Shown piece after piece: positions 54,300-64,000 of a DNA stretch of 64,000 bases; position 1 is the stretch's first letter; every line of letters starts with the position of its first letter. This stretch comes from the human T2T-CHM13v2.0 reference genome, Homo sapiens: assembly GCF_009914755.1 (NCBI RefSeq), contig NC_060942.1; one strand, 5' to 3'. A program made the position numbers and the translations under genes. The notes under the pieces are model-generated. The model had not been told where the DNA came from. It saw nothing but the letters and a program-made list of their open reading frames with translations, and searched no databases.

Positions 54300-54338
<39 letters not shown>
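54284..54338. repeat. (TA)n(CA)n compound microsatellite
   Basis: Seen directly. Confidence 0.95.
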
Positions 54339-54339
<1 letters not shown>

Positions 54340-54524
54340 AATTTCTTAATGGCATGGGCATTTTCTTCACCATTGTTTTTCCAGCCTCTAGTTCCTATGG
54401 CCTAGCGAATAGAACGCTTACACTAAATGCTTGTCAGATGAGTAAAAGAGCTCTTTACAGTGAGCAGATCTTAACACGTTGCTATATGTAATTTGATTTG
54501 AAATAATTTTCCAATAATTTAACT

Positions 54525-55568
54525 CATTTTGTTCTGTTTTAAACTTCTATTTTTTGACTGGGGTACATGTGTAAGATACACAGGTTTGTTACATAAGTAA
54601 ACGTGCATTATGGGGGCTGATTGTACAGATTATTGCATCACGCAGGTATTAAGCCTAGTATCTGTTAGTTATGTTTCCAGCTTCTCTCCCTCCCCCAACC
54701 CTCCACTCTCTGATAGGCCCCAGTGTGTGTTGTTCCTCTCTATGTGTCCATGTTCTCATCATTTAGCTTCCACTTAAAAGTGAGAACATGCAGTATTTGG
54801 TTTTCTGTTCCTGCTTTAGTTTGCTTAGAATAATGACCTCCAACTGCATCCATGTCCCTGCAAAGGACATTATCTCATTTTTTTTTGTGGCTGCATGGTA
54901 TTCCATGGTGTATATGTACCACATTTTCTTTATCCAGTCTGTCATTGATGGGCATTTGGATTAATTCCATGTATTTGCTATTGTGAATAGTGCTGCAAGG
55001 AACATATGCATGCATGTCTTTTTGCAATGGAACAATTTATAATCCTTTAGGCATATACACATTAATGGGATTGCTGTGTCGAATGGTAATTCTGTCCTTA
55101 GGTCTTTGAGGAATTACCACACTGTCTTCCACAATGGTTGAACTAATTTACACTCCCACCAACCATGTAAAGTGTTCCCTTTTCCCCACAATCTCACCAG
55201 CATCTGCTTTTTAACTTTTTAGTAATGGTCCTTCTTACTGGCATGAGTTGGTATCTTATTGTGGTTTTGATTTGCATTTCTCTAATGATCAGCGATGTTG
55301 AACTTTTTTAATATGCTTGTTGACCACATGTATGTCATCTTTTGAGAAGTGTCTGTTCACGTCCTTTGCCTGCTTTTTAATGGCCTTGTTTTTTTCTTGT
55401 AAATTTGATTAAGTTCCTTGTAGATGCTGGATGTTAGACTTTTGTCAGATGCATATTTTGCCAAAATTTTATCCCATTCTGTAGGTGTCTGTTAGTTCTC
55501 ATGTTCGTTTATTTTTTTCTTTTTGCTGTGCAGAAGCTCTTTAATTTGATTAGATCCCATTTGTCAAG
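54525..55568 (-). mobile_element. L1PA (older subfamily) 3' kilobase
   Basis: Reverse ORF MTDWIKKMWYIYTMEY is the L1 ORF2 C-terminus; L1PA 3' UTR. Confidence 0.9.
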
Positions 55569-56296
55569 TGAAAGAGAAACATTTTATAATGATAAAATAA
55601 TTGATTCATTTAAAAGACAAAACAATTTGAAATGCATATGCTCTTAATAATATAACTTCAAATTATATAAAGTAAAATTTTACATAGCTAAAAATGAACA
55701 GCCAAATTCCTAATCTAAAGATTTCAAGTGGGGTTTATACCAGGTATGCAGGGAAGGGTTAACATATACAAGTCATAAATGTGATACATCACGTAAACAT
55801 AATTAAAAACAAAAATTATATGATCATCTCAATAGACACAGAAAAAGCATTTGGCAAAATTCAGAATCCCTTTATGGTTAAAATCTTCAGCAAAATTGGC
55901 ATAGAAGGGGCATATGATACAAGCCATCTATAACAAACCCACAGCCAACATCAGACTGAACAGGGAAAAGTTGAAAAGCATTCCCCCTGAGAATATGATG
56001 CCCACTCACCACATCTATTAACCATAGTTCTGGAAGTCCTAGCCAGAGCAATCAGATGAAAGAAAGAAAGGGCATCCAAGTCAGTAAAGAGGAGGTCAAA
56101 CCGTCACTGATTTCCAATGATATAATTGTGTATCTAGATAACTCTAAAGACTCATCTAAAGAGCTCCTAGATCTGATAAATTCACTTAAGTTTCAGGACA
56201 CAAAACATCAATATACACAAATCATTAGCACTGCTATACACCAACAACAATCAAGCTGAGAAATCAAGAACTTAATCCCTTTTACAACAACTGCAA

Positions 56297-57427
56297 TATA
56301 CATATATATGTATATAAACACACACATAAATATATGTATATACATATGGATATGCATATAATATACATATTATATACATATGGATATGCATATAATATAC
56401 ATATATGGATATGTATATGCATATAATATACATATATGGATATGTATATGCATATAATATACATATATGGATATGTATATGTATTATAGCATACATATTA
56501 TATGGATATGTATATGTATTATAACATACATATACACGTGTATATGTATTATAACATATACACGTGTATATGTATTATAACATACATATACACGTGTATA
56601 TGTATTATAACATACATATATACATATGTATATGTAATATAACATACATATATACATATGTATATGTATATAATATACATATTATATACATGTGTATATG
56701 TATTATACATATTATATACATGTGTATATGTATTATACATATTATATACATATGTATATGTATTATGATATACATGTTATATACATATGTGTATATGTAT
56801 TATATACATGTTATATACATATGTATATGTATTATGATATACATATGTATATGTATTATGATATACATATGTATATGTATTATGATATACATATGTATAT
56901 GTATTATGATATACATATGTATATGTATTATGATATACATATGTATATGTATTATGATATACATATGTATATGTATTATGATATACATATGTATATGTAT
57001 TATGATATACATATATACATATGTATATGTATTATGATATACATATATACATATGTATATGTATTATGATATACATATATACATATGTATATGTATTATG
57101 ATATACATATATACATATGTATATGTATTATGATATACATATATACATATGTATATGTATTATGATATACATATATACATATGTATATGTATTATGATAT
57201 ACATATATACATATGTATATGTATTATGATATACATATATACATATGTATATGTATTATGATATACATATATACATATGTATATGTATTATGATATACAT
57301 ATTTAATACTTATACATATGTATATAATATGTATATAATATACATATTATATACATATGTATATGTGTTATACATCTGTATGTATGTATATGTATTATAC
57401 ATATATACATATTATATACATATGTAT
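56297..57427. repeat. Compound TA-rich VNTR (24-bp and 32-bp units)
   Basis: tatgtatatgtattatgatataca (about 8 copies), then the same unit plus tatataca (about 9 copies); variant blocks upstream. Confidence 0.95.
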
Positions 57428-58785
57428 CTCTTAGGAGCATCCAAAGCCAAGGAGGTGAAAGATCTCTTCAAGGAAAATGGCAAAACACTGCTGAAAGATA
57501 TCATTGACCACAGAAACAAATAGATAACACATCTCATGCTAATGGATGGGTAGAATCAGTATTGTGAAAATGACCATACTCTCCAAAGCAATATACAGAT
57601 TCAATGCAATTCTCATCAAAATACCATCATCATTCTTCACAAAACTAGAAAAAACAATCCTAAAATTCATATAGAACCAAAACAAGAGCCTGCCTAGCCA
57701 AAGCAAGACCAAACAAAAATAATAAATTTGGATGTATCACATTACCCAACTTCAAACTATATTACAAGGCTATCCTTACTGAAACAACATGGTACTGGTA
57801 TAAAAATAGGTACATAGACCAATGAAACAGAATAGAGAACCCAGAAATGAAACCAAACACTTAGCAGCCAACTGATCTTCATCAAAGCAAATAAAAACAT
57901 AAAGTTTGGAAAAGACACCCTATTCAACAAATGGGAATGGAATATTTGGAAAGCCACATGAAGAAGAATGAAACTGAATTCTCATCTCTCATCTTATACA
58001 AAAATCAACTCAAGATGGATCAAAGACTTTAATATCATAAACCATAAAAATTCTACAAGATAAGATTGGAAAAAACATTAAAAACATCGGCTTGGTTCTT
58101 CATGACCAAGAAACCAAAATCAAACACAACAAAAACAAAGATAAATAGATTGAACATAATTAGACTAAAAAGCTTCTGCACAGCAAAAGGAAATAATCAG
58201 CAAACAGACAACACATAGAGTAGGAGAAAAACTTTGCAATCTATACATCCAACAAAAACTCATATCCAGAATCCACAAGGAACTCAAACAAATCAGCAAG
58301 ACAAAAAAAAAAAGTCCATCAAAAAGTGGGCTAAGGACATGAATAGAAAATTCTTAAAGAAGATATACAAATAGCCAACAAATATATGAAAAAAATGCTC
58401 AGCATCACTAATTATCAGGGAAATGCAAAGTAAAAACACACTGAGATATCACCTTATTCTTGCAAGAATGGCCATACTTTCAAAATATAATAGATACTGA
58501 CATGGATGTGGTGAAAAGGGAACACTTTTGCATTAATGGTGGGAATGTAAACTAGTATAACCACTGTGGAAAACAGTATGGAGATTGCTTAGAGAACTAA
58601 AAGTAGAACCTCCATTTGATTCAGCAATCCCATTACTGGGTATCTACCTAGAGGAAAATATTTCATTATATGAAGAAGACATGCACATGCATGTTTATAG
58701 CAGCACAGTTTGCAATTGTAAAAATATGGAACCAGTCTAAATACCCATCAACCAATGAATAGATAAAATGTGGCATGGAATACTA

Positions 58786-59244
<459 letters not shown>

Positions 59245-60796
59245 CTAAGCTTTGAGGACACAAAATCCTAAGAATGATATAATGGACTTTGGGGACTTGA
59301 AAGGAAGTGTGGTAGGAGGGTGAAGGAGACCACACATTCTGTACAGTGTACACTGCTTGGGTGATGGGTGCATCAAAATCTCAGAAACAATTGCTAAATA
59401 ACTTATAATGTAACCAAAAACCACCTCTTCCCCTAAAAACTATTAAAATAAAGACAATTTAACACCTTTCCATCACCACTTGATCAAATGAATATCAGTA
59501 TGAAAAAAGAAAAGTTAAAAAATAAAACAGAAATAAATATTTGACATTTATAACCAATTAACTATATATATATATATTTTTCCATTGGTAAATATTACCA
59601 AACATTTAACAAGATAGAATATATGATGAGTTATACGTTGTCTCAATATATTTGAACTTTTTGTGTCATAGAAAGTACATTCTCTGATCACAAGCATATT
59701 AAGTTAAAAATAAGTAAAAATCAGATACTTAGAAAAACACAAGCTATCTGGGAAATAAACCATAAACCTCTGTACATTCTGTAACTAATGTTTTAAAAAT
59801 TCCTTATATTGGGGTGTGTGTGTGTTTTGTTATTAGACTTACCATATGTCAAATAAATATATCAGTCTTTCGCAGAACAAATTTTTCCTTGTATTTTTCT
59901 CTGTCCTTAATTTCTACTTTTATATTTGCTGTTGCCGTTCTTCCTCCTTTAGTTTTAATGTAATCTGTTTTTGTAGCTTATCGTGGATGTTTAGAAAATT
60001 GATTTTGCATTATCTTTTTTAGGATCAATACACAAGACTATAAATATTTTTAATACTGCTATGTTTGCATCCCACAAATTGTGATATATAGTAGTATCAT
60101 TATTTTTCAGTATGAAAGGTTTTCCAACTTCCCTGTGAATTTTTTCTTTGATTCAAGTACAACTAAGAGAATGCCTTGAAGGAACATAATGTCTGCATCT
60201 TTTAAGGAAAAAGACAATGATAAACAATTATAGTACAATGTTACAGTTGGGGACTTTTGATACATGGTAATTATTGGTATTATTAAGTCAACTTTTCTGT
60301 AAGTCGGCAATTATGCCAAAATGAAAATTTTAAATTAAGTAAGGCTTTTACTCTATTAAAAAACACTTACATCAGGAACTCAAGGATAATACAGCTTTAA
60401 AAAACTTATGTAAACATGTCATATTAAAAGATTAAGGAAGGAGGATTATACAGTTATCTCTACAGTTTTAGAAAAATACACCAAAAAATAAATATTTACT
60501 CCAAATTTTAATAATAATTCTTAGAAACCGTAAGATTGAAAGTTCTTGTTTGGATAGAGCACATGTATGAGAAATATATTGTATATTATGTTTAAAGCAA
60601 AACATTAGAAAGATATCTTTTATTTTGGAAACTAGGATGCCTGTTATAATTAATTTTAAATGCAAAAATTGAGATGATTTTCAATAAAATAAGAGGAATA
60701 AAACTGGAAAATACATGAAAGAGTGAATATCAAGCAGAATCTAGATTCTTATGTATTGCAGAAGTCATAATGATATGGTTAAGATAAAAATAACTA

Positions 60797-61075
60797 GGCC
60801 AGGCATGGTGGCTCAAACCTGTAATCCCAGCACTTTGGGAGGCCGAGGCTGGTGGGTCATGAGGTCATGAGTTCAAGACTAGCCTGGCCAAGATGGTGAA
60901 ACCTCGTCTTTACTAAAAAAACAAAAATTAGCCAGGCATGATGGTGGGTGCTTGTAATCCCAGCTACTCTGGATGCTGAGGCAGAGAACTGCTTGGACCT
61001 GGGAGGCAGAGGTTGCAGTGAGCTGAGATTGCGCCACTGCACTCTAGCCGGGGCGACAGAGCCAGGCTCTGCCTC

Positions 61076-61102
<27 letters not shown>
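60797..61102 (+). mobile_element. Alu (Sg-like)
   Basis: Full dimer with long A tail. Confidence 0.93.
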
Positions 61103-61107
<5 letters not shown>

Positions 61108-61370
61108 AATAAGATTGTATAGAACATGGTTAATTGTAAGGTCAGCATAAAACAAATAACATCTTTCTTATACATTATCAAAAGAAAAATGAAAATTATA
61201 TAAGAAATTCATTTTACAGAGGAAATTTATGTCTACATGCAAATTGCCTAGGAATAAATTAACAATAAATACATTGGAATATGGAATATAATCTATTAAA
61301 ATTTACTGAACTATGTAAAAGAAAAAAATTAGAGAATTGCTTTTAATGCGGGGCATAAGTCAATATTTAA

Positions 61371-61707
<337 letters not shown>

Positions 61708-62016
61708 TTTACTATTAATTCACAGTAATATCAGTCTGTTCCATCTAGGATACTTTTTGAAACCTAATAATTTCTTTCTAAAGTTTATATGGAAGACTAG
61801 ATGGGTGGAAGTGGGAATTACAAAGAAACATTTAAAAAGAGTAAAATGTTTTACCAATTTAAGGATCCCTGCCTATACTTATAAAAATACGATATTTATC
61901 TAAACATGATAATTATGTTAATTCAAACCAGACAATAATGATGGAATAGCAAAATTAAATAATGAAAAAGGAAGACTAAATATATGTACTATAGCTCAGA
62001 TTTTGTTAAATTTGGA

Positions 62017-62321
62017 TTTTCTTCTTCTTTTTTTTTTTTTTTTTTTTTTGAGACAGAGTCTCGCTCTGTCACCCAGGCTAGGGTGCAGTGGCGCGATCTC
62101 GGCTCACTGCAAGCTCCACCCCCCGGGTTCACGCCATTCTCTTGCCTCAGCCTCCTGAGCAGCTGGGACTACAGGTGCCCGCCACATGCCTGGCTAATTT
62201 TTTGTATTTTTAGTAGAGATGGGGTTTCACGGTGTTAGCCAGGTAACTCCTGACCTCATGATCCACCCATCTCGGCCTCCCAAAGTGCTGGGATTACAGG
62301 TGTGAGCCACTGCGCCCGGCC
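62017..62321 (-). mobile_element. AluY-like element
   Basis: Diagnostic gcaagctcc...gggttcacgccattctc; aaatttgg on both flanks; small internal deletion at about 62243. Confidence 0.9.
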
Positions 62322-63373
62322 AAATTTGGTCTTTCAAAGCAATGTTATTATTCAATATTATTTATACCACACAGATGTAAATGCTGTATTATGCTGAAAT
62401 ATTTAAGCATTTGTTTTTGTGCCCCCAGTCAAATGATCACAGATCACATACATCTATGATATGTATATAATAGTGAAAATCCTACATCCCTGAGATAATT
62501 ACTTGTTGATTTGATTTCTGCTATTTTCTGTTACTAGATATACTGCATTTATGTTTTTAAATAGAATTCACCTTGTGTGTGTAGTGCATACACATGTGAG
62601 GTGTGCACACACACATGCACACATATGCCCTCATATGTGTGCATAAGCATACTCAGGTACACTTATTTTTGAGTTTATACTAGCTTTGTATGAGTAATTT
62701 CTAGTTTTTTTGTGTTTTTGTTTTGAATCAATTTATATACTAAGGAAATTATGCATTCTTTCTTTTCCTTTCTGAACTATGAATTCTGGGCCCAGGGACT
62801 TTATTAGAGGAATTCTTTGATGAAGTTCTTTGATAACCTTCTCATTAATTATTTGTATGACAAATATTTTAGTATTGATTTCTTCTAGAGTCAGTTTTGA
62901 ATATTTCAGACCACACATTTTAAAAAATGATTTGAGATTGGCACTTCATTTTTGGTTTATATTATGTCATTAATTATAATTCCTGTTTTTTCTCCTGAGT
63001 TTTCCATATTCTGTTTATATCATTGTACTTTTTGAGTAGCTAAATATATTTTTAAAAATATTCTCATGCCATAGAAGAAAGAGCCTAAACACCTTTTGTG
63101 TGATCCATATCACTAGTTAGAATAAAGATCAAATAAACAATTTTAAATGCTATTAAGTTTTGATCAAATATTATTTCTCCACACCAGAATACCAAGTGAA
63201 TGATGTGAAGTGTAAACCAACCATTGTTGTGTTTCATGTTACTGTCATACACTTGTTTCCTTCAGCATAATGTTAGCAAAAATTGTGTGTGCAGTCATCA
63301 GATAAATTTTCTGGGCATGATTTCCTTCCAGATGTAATTTTATGATCATCCATTTTCCAATTTCCTATGAAAT

Positions 63374-63700
63374 TCACTCATTTAGTAAGAATTTAGTGAA
63401 TATCTTCTGTGCACACTGCTTTGTACTGAAATTGGTGATTTAAAAAGAAGTTAAAATGTGTTCTTTATTAATACTTTTTGGGAACATTCATTGTACGTGT
63501 GCATCAAAGACATGCACATAGGAAGAATCTGCAACAATTTAATTTACATACAATATGAACTATAAAAATGTGTGATACAGAAACTGTGTCTAAAATAACA
63601 AACTAGCCCTGCAGGAAATAAATTAGAAAGACAATGAGAATCTGTACTTGAACTGGACATTGAATAATAAGTAAATTTTAAGAGCCAACAGGAATAGAAA
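63374..63700 (-). mobile_element. L2 3' fragment
   Basis: cactcatttagtaagaatttagtgaatatcttctgtg resembles the reversed L2 terminus. Confidence 0.45.
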
Positions 63701-64000
63701 GACAATTGGAAAATTAGGTATATGAAAATAATATTTTTTGAAAACCTCTTTTCTGTTTTTATTCCGTTAAAATTTTAGTATGTTGGCGCAAGATAAATCT
63801 AAGAGATTACCATAGAATAGTAAATATGTGCTATAGACCTTAATGGTTGTCTAATTGCAGAAGTTTATTATATGGTTTAAGTCTGTATTGATTCAGAAAA
63901 AAATGCATTATTTTTATATTTACTTTCCCTGCTGAGTCATTTGGCCTTCTTTTTAGAAATGTATATGGGTTATTCACATTATATCAACCACATGTATAGA

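Noticed and set aside
56272-57523. Tyr/Ile/Met/Cys-rich ORFs
   Set aside because: Translations of the TA-rich VNTR
62575-62650. Alternating purine-pyrimidine stretch (possible Z-DNA or hairpin)
   Set aside because: Short, degenerate (TG/CA) microsatellite relic; common and uninformative

Overview
Primate (hominoid-like) genomic DNA, repeat-dense and with no intact protein-coding gene. It reads as a pericentromeric segmental-duplication mosaic. The main elements are: (1) an olfactory receptor pseudogene closely paralogous to OR4K15 (18965-19939, +); (2) a 5'-truncated HERV-I/HERVIP10 provirus with integrase, env and a 3' LTR10 (about 21795-25704, +); (3) a MER41A LTR with attached internal sequence (-); (4) a full-length processed SNX19 pseudogene with UTRs, poly(A) remnant and target-site duplication (TSD) (34133-39061, -); (5) a 2 kb pyrimidine-rich repeat holding 19 perfect 27-bp units; (6) an adjacent palindromic REP522/BAGE-like module with a CCAAT-octamer-TATA core and BAGE-homologous exon-like segments (about 48470-50400); (7) a 1.1 kb compound TA-rich VNTR inside an L1PB; and (8) many Alu, L1, L2, MLT and DNA-transposon relics. 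From memory, OR4K and SNX19 pseudogenes co-occur at human 21q11.2 and 18p11.21, but species and locus cannot be fixed from this window alone. Repeat subfamily calls and comparisons with parent genes come from recalled sequences and were not computed. Nearly all listed ORFs outside the pseudogenes and the ERV are repeat-derived artefacts.
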